Source of the DNA: Patescibacteria group bacterium | GTDB lineage: Bacteria; Patescibacteriota; Saccharimonadia; UBA4664; SCTI01 | Length of the DNA: 64,000 nucleotides | Assembly (NCBI GenBank): GCA_004297735.1 | Contig: SCTI01000002.1 | Location: forward strand, 350,180-414,179 | Direction: 5' to 3' | In this document: in pieces, positions 8,978 to 22,300 of the stretch | Layout of the letters: each line of letters opens with the position of its first letter | Position numbering within the stretch: position 1 is the stretch's first letter | Translations under genes and position numbers: made by a program | The notes under the pieces: model-generated | Told to the model about the DNA's origin: nothing | Seen by the model: the letters and a program-made list of their open reading frames with translations, nothing else | Databases searched by the model: none

Positions 8978-10411
8978 ATGATCTATCGGGGAGCGGAGCG
9001 GGGTCGCGCTGTAATAGCGGGGCCTCGCAAGCTCATAAAAATAACAAATTTAGAAAATTTTGGTCGTAAAATTTTGCGCCTAAAGTCATCTGATCCTGAG
9101 CGCCGCCGCAAAGAATTTGTTTTATCGGTGATGTTGGTTGGTTTGATCTGTACGGCTTTGATATCGCTCATTATTACCCTGATCAACTCTCTGGTACTTG
9201 CAAATTATCAGGGAGCTCATCCCTTGGTATTAATGATCTGCCTAACACTTTTCATGTTTCTTTATTGGCTTAGATATTGGTACCTGGAAGCAGCAATTTA
9301 CTTATTTGTTTTAATTCTGGCAATATGCGGGATAGTACCCTTAATGTTATGGGGCGTGGCGCTGCCTCAAGGTTTATTGATCTGCGCCCTAGCGATCACC
9401 GTTTCTGGTATTTTGCTTGATGCTCGCTGGGCAATTACCTTAATGGTTATAACTACCGTAGTAATGGCATTGCTAGCTAGCCTTCAGGAGCAAGGAATTA
9501 TTGCCGCTAGAACAGAGTGGCAGCACATTAATCCAGATACAACTGACGCGATTGTGTTTGCTGTCACGTTTGCGGCTATTGCGATGGTTTCCTGGTTATC
9601 TCATCGGCAGACTATGCACTCACTGCATAGCGCCAGGGTAAGTGAGCGCGCCCTGCAGATTGAGCGTAATTCGCTCGAGCTAAAGGTAAAGCGGCGAACC
9701 CGGCAGTTAGAGTTGAGTCAGCTAGAGCAGATGCTGCAGCTACAGCGATTCGCAGAGTTTGGGCGGGTCAGTTCGGGTCTGGTGCATGACATAATGAATC
9801 CTTTAGCGGCGGCTTCATTGAACTTGGATTTGGCAGGAGAGTCAGACGAGGTTAAGCAGGCCCGTAAGAGTCTCAGTTATATCGAGCGTTATGTAGATAC
9901 GGTTAGCAGACAGTTGCGAGCCAGTAGTTCGCGCCGCCTGTTTGTGGTGGAGGAGGAGATAGGTTCGGTGATGCAGATACTGGAGTATCGTCGTCGTCAA
10001 AAGATGGTTGAAGTTGAGATAGATGTCTCTCCTACCGCTAAGTTGTATGGTGATCCTGTGGCGTTTAGTCAGATTATTGCCAACTTGGTCGTAAACGCAA
10101 TTGATGCATATGACGAAGCGGCCGCTGAAGTGCCGGCTAAGGTGGTGTTGCGAGCGGTTGAAAATGATCGGAGTTGCATAATAACGGTCCAGGATTGGGG
10201 AGTGGGAATTAAGCCGTCCTCTATGAAGCGGATTTTTGATCCGTTTTATACCACTAAAGATAATGGACGTGGCTCAGGTATTGGCTTGGCTTTGGCTAAA
10301 ACGGCGGCCGAAAAAGATTTTGGCGGCAGCCTAGAAGTGATCAGTCGGCCCAAGCTCGGCACCCGTTTTACCGCTACTCTGCCGGTGAAAAGGGCGGGTG
10401 AAAATGATTGA
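8978..10411 (+). CDS. sensor histidine kinase with multi-TM (intramembrane) sensor domain
   Basis: 5-6 TM helices, H-box GLVHDIMNPLAA, HATPase_c motifs DWGVGIK...GSGIGLALAK. Exact start uncertain. Confidence 0.8.
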   Translation: MIYRGAERGRAVIAGPRKLIKITNLENFGRKILRLKSSDPERRRKEFVLSVMLVGLICTALISLIITLINSLVLANYQGAHPLVLMICLTLFMFLYWLRYWYLEAAIYLFVLILAICGIVPLMLWGVALPQGLLICALAITVSGILLDARWAITLMVITTVVMALLASLQEQGIIAARTEWQHINPDTTDAIVFAVTFAAIAMVSWLSHRQTMHSLHSARVSERALQIERNSLELKVKRRTRQLELSQLEQMLQLQRFAEFGRVSSGLVHDIMNPLAAASLNLDLAGESDEVKQARKSLSYIERYVDTVSRQLRASSSRRLFVVEEEIGSVMQILEYRRRQKMVEVEIDVSPTAKLYGDPVAFSQIIANLVVNAIDAYDEAAAEVPAKVVLRAVENDRSCIITVQDWGVGIKPSSMKRIFDPFYTTKDNGRGSGIGLALAKTAAEKDFGGSLEVISRPKLGTRFTATLPVKRAGEND

Positions 10412-12383
10412 TGGCGGTTTGGATCAGAGCTATCGGCGGGCAATAAAGTTTGTTGCCAGTCAGCAAAATAAAAGTGGCAGTTTTGATTGTTTTAGTAGTT
10501 CAAGCGTAGATGATTTTACTGGCGCTGATAGGCATCAGGCAATTTTGCCAATGGCGGTGATATTGAGGGCGCTTAATGGGATGGAGCTTCCGGATGCGAT
10601 TAGGGTTAGGCGAAGTCTAGCTGGTTTTTTGGCGGGGCAGGTTGGGGAGCATGGCAGCTTTAATTACTGGGTGAGAGGTAGTGATAGAGCTAGTCAGCAG
10701 CCGTATCCAGATGACCTGGATGACACTAGCTATGGCTGGTTGGCCCTGACACTCGAGGATCCCAATACGCTTAGCGCTCAGGTGCTAGCCAAGTTGGCTC
10801 AGCTGCTGATGGCCGTTGAGGTTGAGCCCGGTGGACCATATCGAACCTGGCTGGTTGGCAGGGCGGCGGATGCCGAATGGCGGGATGTAGACGTGGCTGT
10901 AAATGCCAATATTTGGTCTTTAATGAGGCGTTTGGGAGTAAACTTGCCGGGCCTTGAAGGATGGCTAACCGTGGCGGTAAAAGAGGGTGAATTAAGGTCG
11001 CGGTATTATCCGGGCGAGGCAGTGATTCTATACTTTTTGGCGGAATGGAGCCGCGGCGAACTTAGGAGTTTGTTGCAGGATCGATGGAGGGCGGAGCTGG
11101 CGCGTAAAGATCATAGCTTGTTAGAGCTAGCTTTGTTGACGGTGGCAGGGGTCTGGCTGGGAGTCGGTCGTTCGACGATTCAGCCGCTCGTGGAAGAGCT
11201 GATAAATAGTCAGGTCATGGACGGTTCGTGGCCGGCTGCAGGATTATGCTATGACCCCGCTAAGGCTGGGCGGTGTTACTACGCGGGGTCGGCGTCGATG
11301 ACAACCGCGTTAGCGGCCCAGGCGTTGTGTTTGGTGCAGGCAATGGACGGTTCGGTCGTGCCCAAGCCGGTTGCGATAGTAAAGTCTGCAAAAGCCGCAC
11401 CAATGTGGCCGGCGGTCAGGCGTCATATTCAAAGGTTGCCGCAGTCCGCCCAAATTTTGGCCGAACCAATTCTCAATAAAGTACACAAACTGGATGCCAG
11501 CCACGGGGTAACGGCGTTGGTGCCGCACATCATGTTACAGATTAAGCCCAAAAATAAAAAACTACCCAAAGGCCATCGGACGGCTCGCAATCACTTAATT
11601 TTAGGGTCACTTTATGGTTGGTTGGCCTACACCGCTTCGGATGACGTTCGGGATGGTGAGGCCGATTACCGGTTGCAGCCACTAATCCAGCTGTGGACTG
11701 GTCAAATGCGCAGCCATTTTTGGCAGGCCAGTGGCAATAGTGAGTACCAGCGATGGACTGACCGACAGCTGCAAATTATGGATATGGCGCACCATTGGGA
11801 GCAGCAAAACACCCGGTTTGAGGGTTCGAGAGTTCGGGTCGATGAGCTGCCGGAATACGGCAGTAGTCGCCGGTTGGCCGAAGGATCAAGTGGTCACTTA
11901 ATTGCGCCGGTTGGGGCGCTAGTGGCTTTGGGGTATGAGTATAATGGCTCGGTTAACCGAAAGTTAAAACTAGCCTTGCGTCATTTAATTGCCGCCCGTC
12001 AGCTACATGATGATGCTCATGATTGGTCGCAGGACTTGGCGGAAGGCCAAATTAATTTTGTGGCGGCTCAAGTACTTCGAGCAGAGTTTAAAAGTCAACG
12101 CGGCAAAACCCTCAACCTGGCCGATCCGCAAACTATGGCTGGTTTAAGACACCGTTTTTGGAGTAATACGGTTGATGACATTTTACCCCTGATTCAGCGG
12201 CATCTGTACGTCGCAGAGCGACAGCTGGCCGACGAGCCATTATTGGGTGGTCTAGAGGATCTAAGTAGGATGATTCAGCAGCTCAAGCAAACCACTCGAG
12301 ACACCTTAGTCCAGCGAAACCAAGCCCGCCGCTTTTTAAGTGAGCTTACTTTTGACCGAGTTGCTGATCGATCAGCTGTTTGA
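10398..12383 (+). CDS. hypothetical 661-aa protein with class II terpene cyclase / prenyltransferase-like alpha/alpha-toroid features (DLDDT motif, QW-like repeats)
   Basis: Overlaps the HK stop by 14 nt. PDDLDDTSYGW matches the DxDDT(A) motif of class II terpene cyclases. QQNKSGSF and QVMDGSW resemble QW / prenyltransferase-squalene oxidase repeats. C-terminal half unassigned. Confidence 0.55.
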   Translation: MKMIDGGLDQSYRRAIKFVASQQNKSGSFDCFSSSSVDDFTGADRHQAILPMAVILRALNGMELPDAIRVRRSLAGFLAGQVGEHGSFNYWVRGSDRASQQPYPDDLDDTSYGWLALTLEDPNTLSAQVLAKLAQLLMAVEVEPGGPYRTWLVGRAADAEWRDVDVAVNANIWSLMRRLGVNLPGLEGWLTVAVKEGELRSRYYPGEAVILYFLAEWSRGELRSLLQDRWRAELARKDHSLLELALLTVAGVWLGVGRSTIQPLVEELINSQVMDGSWPAAGLCYDPAKAGRCYYAGSASMTTALAAQALCLVQAMDGSVVPKPVAIVKSAKAAPMWPAVRRHIQRLPQSAQILAEPILNKVHKLDASHGVTALVPHIMLQIKPKNKKLPKGHRTARNHLILGSLYGWLAYTASDDVRDGEADYRLQPLIQLWTGQMRSHFWQASGNSEYQRWTDRQLQIMDMAHHWEQQNTRFEGSRVRVDELPEYGSSRRLAEGSSGHLIAPVGALVALGYEYNGSVNRKLKLALRHLIAARQLHDDAHDWSQDLAEGQINFVAAQVLRAEFKSQRGKTLNLADPQTMAGLRHRFWSNTVDDILPLIQRHLYVAERQLADEPLLGGLEDLSRMIQQLKQTTRDTLVQRNQARRFLSELTFDRVADRSAV

Positions 12384-12993
12384 GGTTTTGGTAGGTAAAG
12401 CTATCGGATTGTTGACCGTTAATGTAGAAGGTCGGGGTACCTTGTACGCCCAGGGCCTCACCATCGGATTTATCGGCTTCGATGAAGGCGGTATGGGTGT
12501 TGTCGCCAATCTCCTTTTTAAAGCGTTCAATATCGGCCACACCTACTTCGTTGGCGTACTTAATAAAGCTTTCACTTGGGTTTGATAGCTCACTCCACTC
12601 TTGCTGGTTGGCATACAGTTTACTGTTCATCTCCCAGTACTTGTTTTGGGCTCCAGCAGCCTCGGCAGCCTTAGCGGCAGCGATTGCGTTTTGGTGCATT
12701 GGGAGTGGGAAGTTGCGGAAAACAAAGGTGATCTTGTCGCCATACTCCTGTTTGATTCGCTCAACCACCGGCTGGGCCTGTCCGCAAGACGGACACTGGA
12801 AGTCACCAAACTCAACCACGGTTACCGAACCACTACCTTGCTTATGACTGTTGTCCCGAATCAACTTGCTGCTATCGGCTTTTTCGGTGCTGGCTGGCTT
12901 ATCGCTGCCGCTGCCGGTTAAAACAAACAGTCCAACCATGGCGCCAACAACTAGCACTAAGATGGCGGTTAAAATTTTAGCTTCACGACTCAT
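12346..12993 (-). CDS. DsbA-family thiol:disulfide oxidoreductase (membrane-anchored, CPSC active site)
   Basis: N-terminal TM anchor and thioredoxin fold with FGDFQCPSCGQ. Confidence 0.8.
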   Translation of the reverse strand: MSREAKILTAILVLVVGAMVGLFVLTGSGSDKPASTEKADSSKLIRDNSHKQGSGSVTVVEFGDFQCPSCGQAQPVVERIKQEYGDKITFVFRNFPLPMHQNAIAAAKAAEAAGAQNKYWEMNSKLYANQQEWSELSNPSESFIKYANEVGVADIERFKKEIGDNTHTAFIEADKSDGEALGVQGTPTFYINGQQSDSFTYQNLKQLIDQQLGQK

Positions 12994-13429
12994 CTGAACT
13001 CCTCCATTCCACGATCATGCAACCAATAATAACAGTAAAAGCTACTAACGACATAAATGGGATGGTGATGAACCCAAGTAGGTGCACCTGGACGGTGGTG
13101 CAGGATACACCTTGGACACAGGGGGCGAGTGTATCGGGGATGATCTTCCACTGTAACAGGGTGTGGTACAGGGAGATGATCCAGCCGATTAGTGACAGCG
13201 GGAGAACGTACTGCCAAAGTTGGCGCTCGCGGCGAACGATTCCAACCGCCAAAATAATCGCTAACGGGTACATCATGCTGCGCTGGTACCAACACAGCAC
13301 GCAGGGCGGTAGTTTAGCGATCTCGCTGAGGGCGAGGCTCCCCAGGGTGGCAACCAGGGCCTGGGTAAAAGCGATGTAACGACTGTAGATAACCGACTTA
13401 GGCATATTGACCATGATAACCCGCCGCAT
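12983..13429 (-). CDS. disulfide bond formation protein B (DsbB/BdbC family)
   Basis: 4-TM protein with the CVLCWYQR motif typical of BdbC/DsbB. Upstream of, and overlapping, the DsbA-like gene. Confidence 0.7.
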   Translation of the reverse strand: MRRVIMVNMPKSVIYSRYIAFTQALVATLGSLALSEIAKLPPCVLCWYQRSMMYPLAIILAVGIVRRERQLWQYVLPLSLIGWIISLYHTLLQWKIIPDTLAPCVQGVSCTTVQVHLLGFITIPFMSLVAFTVIIGCMIVEWRSSDES

Positions 13430-13506
13430 ACGAGCTGTAAATTGGGGCTGCTAGATATAAGCGTAACTGCTATAATATATGAGATAATTGAGAGCACTGT
13501 ACCGAG

Positions 13507-14349
13507 GTGGGATTACGGCACCATTACAAGTTGTTGACTGGAACCGCTCCAAGGCAAACGCTAGGAGTGGTGGTGGCTGTGGTAGTAACCCTAGCGCTGG
13601 CGGCTCCGGCAGTGGTAGCAGCAGCGATCAGCCAGAGCTACCGTGGCGATCAGCAGATTGCAATTGGGGCCTTGGTCGCGTCCAAGGGTGATAGTAGTGA
13701 TCAGGTTGAGTTGGCCGATAGCTCAAATGCCGATAAGCTGGTTGGCGCGGTGGTTGGTGGCAGTGACACGGCGCTAAATCTGTCTAACCCGGGTGATCAA
13801 GTGCAGGTGGCGAGTAATGGCCTAACCAAGGTAATTGTGACCGATCTGCAGGGCGACATTACCAGCGGCACGCAAATTGCCCCATCTTCGATTAAGGGCG
13901 TGGGCGCCAAGGCGACCTCCGCCACCAAGGTGATTGGAGTGGCCCAGAAGGCGGCCGAATACGGCGGCCAAACCGCTACGGTATCGGATAGTAGTGGCAA
14001 GAGTAAACAGGTAAAAATTGGCACGGCAGAGGTTTTGCTGCAAATTGCCTATTACAGTCCACCGCAGTCGAACACTCAGGTGCCACAGTTTTTGCAGCAG
14101 GTAGCCAACTCGGTGGCTGGCCGCGAGGTAACCACCTGGAGAGTGATTACAAGCTTTATCATTTTGATGGCAGCCATTATTGTAATTACGGTACTGCTGT
14201 TTTCGTCGGTGCACAGCACGCTAACGGCGATTGGTCGTAATCCGATGGCGCAGGTTAAAATTTATCGCGGGTTACTAAGGGTGGTGCTGGCGGCTGTGGC
14301 AATTTTTGCGGTGGCGGTTGGAGCGGCCTTTATAGTATTAAGGTTGTAA
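13507..14349 (+). CDS. atypical first gene of the atp operon: signal-peptide/Ser-Gly-rich protein with C-terminal subunit-c-like hairpin lacking the carboxylate
   Basis: Alternative GTG start at about 13570 after aggag. C-terminal helix-loop-helix (..TAIGRNPMAQVKIYRGLLRVVLAAVAIFAVAVGAAFIVL) resembles the c-subunit ARQPE hairpin, but helix 2 has no Asp/Glu. Confidence 0.45.
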   Translation: MGLRHHYKLLTGTAPRQTLGVVVAVVVTLALAAPAVVAAAISQSYRGDQQIAIGALVASKGDSSDQVELADSSNADKLVGAVVGGSDTALNLSNPGDQVQVASNGLTKVIVTDLQGDITSGTQIAPSSIKGVGAKATSATKVIGVAQKAAEYGGQTATVSDSSGKSKQVKIGTAEVLLQIAYYSPPQSNTQVPQFLQQVANSVAGREVTTWRVITSFIILMAAIIVITVLLFSSVHSTLTAIGRNPMAQVKIYRGLLRVVLAAVAIFAVAVGAAFIVLRL

Positions 14350-14353
14350 TGAG

Positions 14354-14974
14354 GTGAGTATGACAGAAATTCTTTATGCCGTTATTGGTCTTCAAATCCT
14401 ATTAACCGGGCTGGTTGTAGTTGTGTTGTGGCGGGCCCGCCGGCCGGTCAAGCCTGCCGCTAAGCCAGCCGTTTCGGCCGCCAGCGAAGCCGAGCTGCGT
14501 CAGCAGATCGAGGCGCAGCAGCAAGCCATGCTCAAGCGACTACAGGAGGAAACCCAGAGCTCATTTGAGCAATCGGTGAGCGAATCATCAAAACTGTTTC
14601 GATCGGACCTGGCCGAAACATCTAAAAAGCTCAACACCTTGATTGTGCGCTTAACGACCGAGGTGGTTGAACGGGAGCTAGATGAGTACCGTCAGAGCTT
14701 GGTGGCTGCTCGCCAACAAGCCTTAACCAGTTTGCAGCAAATGCAGCAGTCGGTCGAAGAAAAGCAGCGTGCGCTGGAGGCCGACGTTAACAGTGAGCTA
14801 GCTAAACGGCAGCAGTATCTGTTGGAACGCCTGGATCAGCGCCTGGGACAGGCGGTAACCTCTTACCTAGTCGAGGCGCTGGGCCAAGGGGCCGACTTGG
14901 GGGCTCAGCGTGAGTACTTGTTGGCTCAGCTCGAGGCGCATAAGGATGAGTTGAAAAAAGAGGTCAAGCAGTGA
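14354..14974 (+). CDS. atpF: F-type ATPase subunit b-like (N-terminal TM plus long coiled coil)
   Basis: Single TM then charged coiled-coil, positioned before delta. Confidence 0.55.
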   Translation: MSMTEILYAVIGLQILLTGLVVVVLWRARRPVKPAAKPAVSAASEAELRQQIEAQQQAMLKRLQEETQSSFEQSVSESSKLFRSDLAETSKKLNTLIVRLTTEVVERELDEYRQSLVAARQQALTSLQQMQQSVEEKQRALEADVNSELAKRQQYLLERLDQRLGQAVTSYLVEALGQGADLGAQREYLLAQLEAHKDELKKEVKQ

Positions 14975-15444
14975 TAAAGGCGCTTCCTAATCAAGTTTAT
15001 TCGCCCGACCATCTGCATTTTTGCATTGAGGAGCTGACGCTGTACGCGGCAGCGGTGGGTAAGGCGCTGCGAAGTAAAAAACCAATTCCCGAAGCACCAA
15101 CCTCGGCCGAAAGCCAGGCTTTGCTCGAGCTGCTACCGGCCACCAGCAAGCTATCAATCCAGGAACAGCTTCAGCAGCTGGTGAGTGAGCTGGAGTCGTT
15201 GGCCGCTCAGCTACCGGTCGTTCATATTACGCTGGTATCGCCGGCACCCTACAGCTTAAAGCAAGAGCTGGTTGGGTGGATACGCACCAATCTTAACTCG
15301 CTAGCATTGGTAGCCTTCCATGCTAATCCCGATGTGGCGGGTGGTTTGATAGTGAGAGCCGGCAACGCCACGATCGATGAGTCGTTTCGAAGTAGGCTGC
15401 AGCGCAATCCGGCTAGTCTAACGGAGATTTTAGCCAATGTATGA
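14971..15444 (+). CDS. atpH: F-type ATPase subunit delta (OSCP)
   Basis: C-terminal GGLIVRAGNATIDESFRSRLQ matches the delta-subunit signature. Translationally coupled to neighbours. Confidence 0.65.
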   Translation: MIKALPNQVYSPDHLHFCIEELTLYAAAVGKALRSKKPIPEAPTSAESQALLELLPATSKLSIQEQLQQLVSELESLAAQLPVVHITLVSPAPYSLKQELVGWIRTNLNSLALVAFHANPDVAGGLIVRAGNATIDESFRSRLQRNPASLTEILANV

Positions 15445-16854
15445 CAATAAGGCGTTTCAGCGCTTAATGGATGATGGTCGGACCAACGGCGAGGTAATTA
15501 GCCTTAAAGGCTTGGATTTGATGATTAAGGGCCTCGAAGGTGCTAGCGTAAACTCGTTAATACTGTTTGAATGTGGCGAGCGTGGTTTGGTGCGGGCAAT
15601 TCATGATCATTGCGTTGAGGTGCTGGCTTTTTCGGTCAAAAACATACGCATCGGTACGGTTGGCGTATTAGAGCAAGAAACCTACCAGGCTGGCGTAGGC
15701 GACGCTTTGGTTGGTCGAGTGATGAATGTGGCGGGCGAGGCGCTTGACGGCAAAGGCGCGATCACGCCGACCGGTTACGCCGAGGTTTTTGCCACCGCTC
15801 CGGGTGTAGCCGAGCGCCAACTAGTCGATAAGCAGCTGGTTAGTGGTGTGGCGATTGTGGACAGTTTGTTCCCCTTGGTGCTTGGCCAGCGCATGGCGAT
15901 ACTGGGTGATAGCAAGACCGGCAAAAGCACCTTTTTACGCCAACTAACCACCAGTCAAGCCCAGGAAGGCAGGGTGGTTATATACGTTTTAATTGCCAAG
16001 CGACAGATTGAGATTGACGCCTTAATCCAGCACCTTAATACCACGGGAGCAATTAAGCGCAGTATTGTAATTGTCGCGAGCGCCTTTGAGTCGCTCAGCC
16101 TCGCCTATTTAGCTCCTTATGTTGGCTGTACGGTTGGCGAGTATTTTTGGAGACAGGGCAAGGATGTGGTGGTGGTTTATGATGACTTGAGCAGTCACGC
16201 CAAGATTTATCGTGAGCTATCTTTGCTGGCGGAGGTAAGCCCCGGCCGTGACTCATACCCTGGTGACATGTTTTATGCGCACTCCTCACTACTGGAGCGA
16301 GCCGGCAAGCTAGCCAAAGGCGGCGGAACCTTGACGGCGCTGCCGGTGGTGCTCACCCCAAATGACGACATCACCTCTTATCTTTCTACCAGCTTAATGT
16401 CGATTACCGACGGTCAGATCATTTTTGATCAAGATAATTTTAGGCGCGGAGTCAGGCCGGCGGTTAATGTTGGACTGTCGGTCTCGCGCGTCGGTGGGCG
16501 AGTTCAGAGCCCAGAATGGAAAACCTTAACGGTTAATCTGTTCCGCAAACTTGCCGACTACCGGCAGGCGGCTGAGTTTGCTCAGTTCGGGTCGGAGCTG
16601 GCGGCTCAAACTCAGGCCGATCTAGCTTTGGGTCGATCGGTATACGAAATTTACCGCCAAACCCCGCAAGAGCTTCACAGTGTAACGGCTCAGTATTTAA
16701 TGTTGGCGACGGTTTTAGCTGGAGGGGGTAAGGTAACGATTAACATCCCGCTGCTTAAAAAGCTGGCCACCGAGCGCGCCGCCGGTAAGCCGGCCGAGGA
16801 TTGGAGCCAAGAGGTGCAGCAGCTGTTGGCACAGGTTAAGGTTGGGGTGTCGGT

Positions 16855-16858
<4 letters not shown>
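15437..16858 (+). CDS. atpA: F-type ATPase subunit alpha
   Basis: P-loop GDSKTGKS; global match to F1 alpha (AIVDSLFPLVLGQR..., ITDGQIIFD). Confidence 0.85.
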
Positions 16859-19050
<2,192 letters not shown>

Positions 19051-19051
<1 letters not shown>

Positions 19052-19305
19052 TGGCTGAGCAGCCGCGTTTTAAGGTTAAGGTTTTTTCGCCCTACCAAAC
19101 CTTTTACAAGGGTACCGCGTTGTCGCTTTCGGCCCAAAACGCTACCGGCCCGTTTGATGTGCTGTTTAACCACGGCAACTTCTTTACCCTAATATCTCCG
19201 GGGATTGTAAGGGTGGATACCGGTTATGATACGGTCGAAATTGAGGTGACACGTGGCATTATGCGAGTGGCCGACAACAACGTAACGCTGTTCGCTAACG
19301 TATAG
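19051..19305 (+). CDS. atpC: F-type ATPase subunit epsilon (N-terminal beta-sandwich only)
   Basis: 84 aa, at the epsilon position, ATGA-coupled to atpD. Confidence 0.6.
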
Positions 19306-19378
19306 CCGGAGCAAGCTTCTACAGGTTGTTCTCGGTAAGCATAACAGCTATAATGTAAGCATCCACCATTGGTGGAAG

Positions 19379-22300
19379 TTGTTACATTTTGGAGATAATC
19401 GGTTGGACGATAATCGTTTGCAACAATCTGGATTGCAGGCTTCATCTCCGACACCAAACACCCCGCCTGGCGCGGGTCCTTTGGCGTACCAAAATGCGCC
19501 AGCAGCGCCGGCCGTTCCTGCTGCTGCACCAACATCAGCCCCTCGCCCCGCAGCCAAGACCAAGTTTGATCAGTACACCACCCCAAGCGTTAAAACCATT
19601 CCCGAATCAAAGCGCGCCGAACTAGAAAAGCTCAGTCGCCCCCGCCTTAATCGAATTAGATTAATCTTAACTATTCTGGTCATTATACTGGTGCTGGCAA
19701 TGGTCATACCGGTGACCTATATGGTGATTGATGCTATTCGGGCCGGACAGTCTAAGCAGTCGTCCCAAGATAAAAAGGGTGGGGAGTATGTGGTGACATC
19801 GATACCGCTAAGTGATTTGGTTAAAGCCGGGGATATTAGCATAAGCGATAGCCGACAGGTAAATATTAACGGTCAGCTGCGCGTTAATAACTCCTTAATC
19901 ATTGCCCCGAGCCAAGAGCCGGTTAACCCGGTTCAGGGACAACTCTATCTTAACCAGCAGACCAACCAGCTGTACTACTACAACGGTACCCAGTTTGTAG
20001 ATGTGGTGACCGGCGCCCAAATTGCTCAGTTAAATGCCGCAATTACGGCCAATAGCGCCCAAACCATTACCGTCGGAGCCGGTTTGCAACGAGTAGGGAA
20101 TGAGCTGATTAACACCGGCGTACTGGCTTTGCCACAAGCTTTGGACGTGGTCAGCTCCCCGACCTTTGGTGGCTTAAACCTCAGCTCGGCACTGGCGGTT
20201 GGTAACGGGGGAACCGGATCGGCCACTGCGGCGGGCGCACGGGTTAATCTGGGGGCGGCAGCGAGTGGCGCCAACACCGACATCACCAGCTTAGGAGCCC
20301 TAACTGCCGTCAGCCCTACGGCGGGTGTAACCTATAATTTCAACTCAGATCCGGCCGGCACCTACCAGTTCTGTACCACCGCTGGCAACTGCTCGGTCGT
20401 TAACGGTATAACCGGTACCGGCACCGCTGGTAGGCTGGCCAAGTTCTCCGGCTCTCAGGTTGTGGCCGACTCACTGCTCAGCGAAACCGGCACTACCGCG
20501 ACTGTAAACGGTGATCTGGCTGTAACCGGTAACATTTCTGGTAACGGCGCCAACATAACCAGCCTGAGCGCTAGCAATATCAGCACTGGAACGCTTAGCG
20601 ATAGCCGACTCAGCAGTAATGTGGCGCTACTCAATCGCAACAATCAGACCTTTACCGGCACCAACCATGTTTTACGCAATAGCAGCAACACCGGTAACGC
20701 TTTTCAGGTTCAAGATGCTAGCGGCAGCAACGTCTTTAATGTAGATACAATTACGCATGACATCACCACCGATTATGGCAACCTTTACATCAATGCTCTT
20801 GGTACCGTTAGCCCAACACTGTCCTCAAGTGGCAGTGGGGGAACGCTGACGGCTGCAACCTATTACTATCGGGTTTCGGCGTATAGCGCTGGCAGTCAGC
20901 TATCGGGCGCAATCGATACCACGCCCTCTTCGGCAACGACTACGGGGTCAACCAGCAGAAACATGATCAGCTGGTCGGCAGTTAGTGGAGCCGCCGGCTA
21001 CTATATTTATCGCTCAACCGATGGAGGTGCGACTTATCGTCGAATTGACGTTGGCAATGTGACCTCGGCAATCGATAACGGCACAACCTACACCTGGACC
21101 GGAGCGGATTACAGTGGTGACAAGTGGTTCAACTATACCGGCAACATCTACCTTGAGCATGGCGCAGGGGTTAACTTTAATTCTGGTAATGCCCAAATCG
21201 CTGAGGATTTGAGGGGAGAGCTAGAGATTGCCAACTATAATACAGGTGGCCTTTCGGGCGGGGTAGCGGTGTATTCAGATTATTTTGGCGTATACGACAC
21301 AACCGATTATCACACCAATCTGTATATGGATCGTGATGGTAAAACTACATTTTCAAATCGAGTAGATTCGACGGCTGGGTTCTTGGTTCAGGATGCGGCG
21401 GGTGGCAACCTGCTGGTGGTAGATACATTAAATCAGCAGTTGGCGGTGGGCCCGTCAGCAGTGCCAGGCAATAGTGTGCTGACGGTGGGTGGCGATACCA
21501 CGAGTTCTGCTGGCGGCATCACTTTGGGCACCGATACCAACCTTTACCGGAGTGCAGCCAATACTGTTAAAACGGATGGCAATTTACAGGCTACTGGATC
21601 GGCGGCTTTTGGAAGCACCGCAACAATATTAAATACTGGCGCGCAGCGGGCGACTGTAAATATCGATGAAAGTTATGCCGACACAACCGGCGTGTCGACT
21701 GTTAATGGGCTCAATTCCACTGTAACGGTAAATTCACCCTCCGCAAATAACACCGGCTTTCTTGGTCTTGATAGTGTGGTGTTGCTGGACGGAGATAGCA
21801 ATTATACTGGCTCGGCTATCGGGTCGTATAGCTATGTTCAGAAAACTGGGGCAGGCACGGCAAGCTGGCTTAACGGAGCCGAGCACGATGTTTATAACTA
21901 CAGCACCGGGACCGTAGCCAATGGGGTGGGTGTGTTTGGATACCTCAACCAGGCTAGTGATGCAGGCACCATTACTAACGGCAACGGTGTGTGGGGGCAG
22001 TCTGAGATAAGTGGGGCCGGTTCAATTCAGAACGCCAGTGGTTTAATTGGGGCGGTTTATAACTATGGAACCGGCACCATTACGAGTGGCTACGGGTTAC
22101 TGGTTAAGCCTGCCACTAATAGTGGTGGCGGCTCATTTGCCAATAATTATGGTGTTTACATTAATGACCAGTCAGCCGTTGGATCGACGAGTAGCTACAA
22201 CTTGTACTCGGCTGGGGCTAACGCTAAAAACTACCTTGCTGGTAAGTTACAGGTTGGCAGTAGCAATACAGCCTCTCGCGTTAACATTGGCACCGATACC

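Noticed and set aside
12340-12921. Plus-strand ORFs (81, 121, 106 aa) antisense to the DsbA-like gene
   Set aside because: Inside a well-supported CDS on the other strand.
19224-19625. ORFs overlapping the atpC end and the start of the giant protein gene
   Set aside because: Short, alternative-frame or antisense, Pro/Arg-rich translations of GC-rich DNA.
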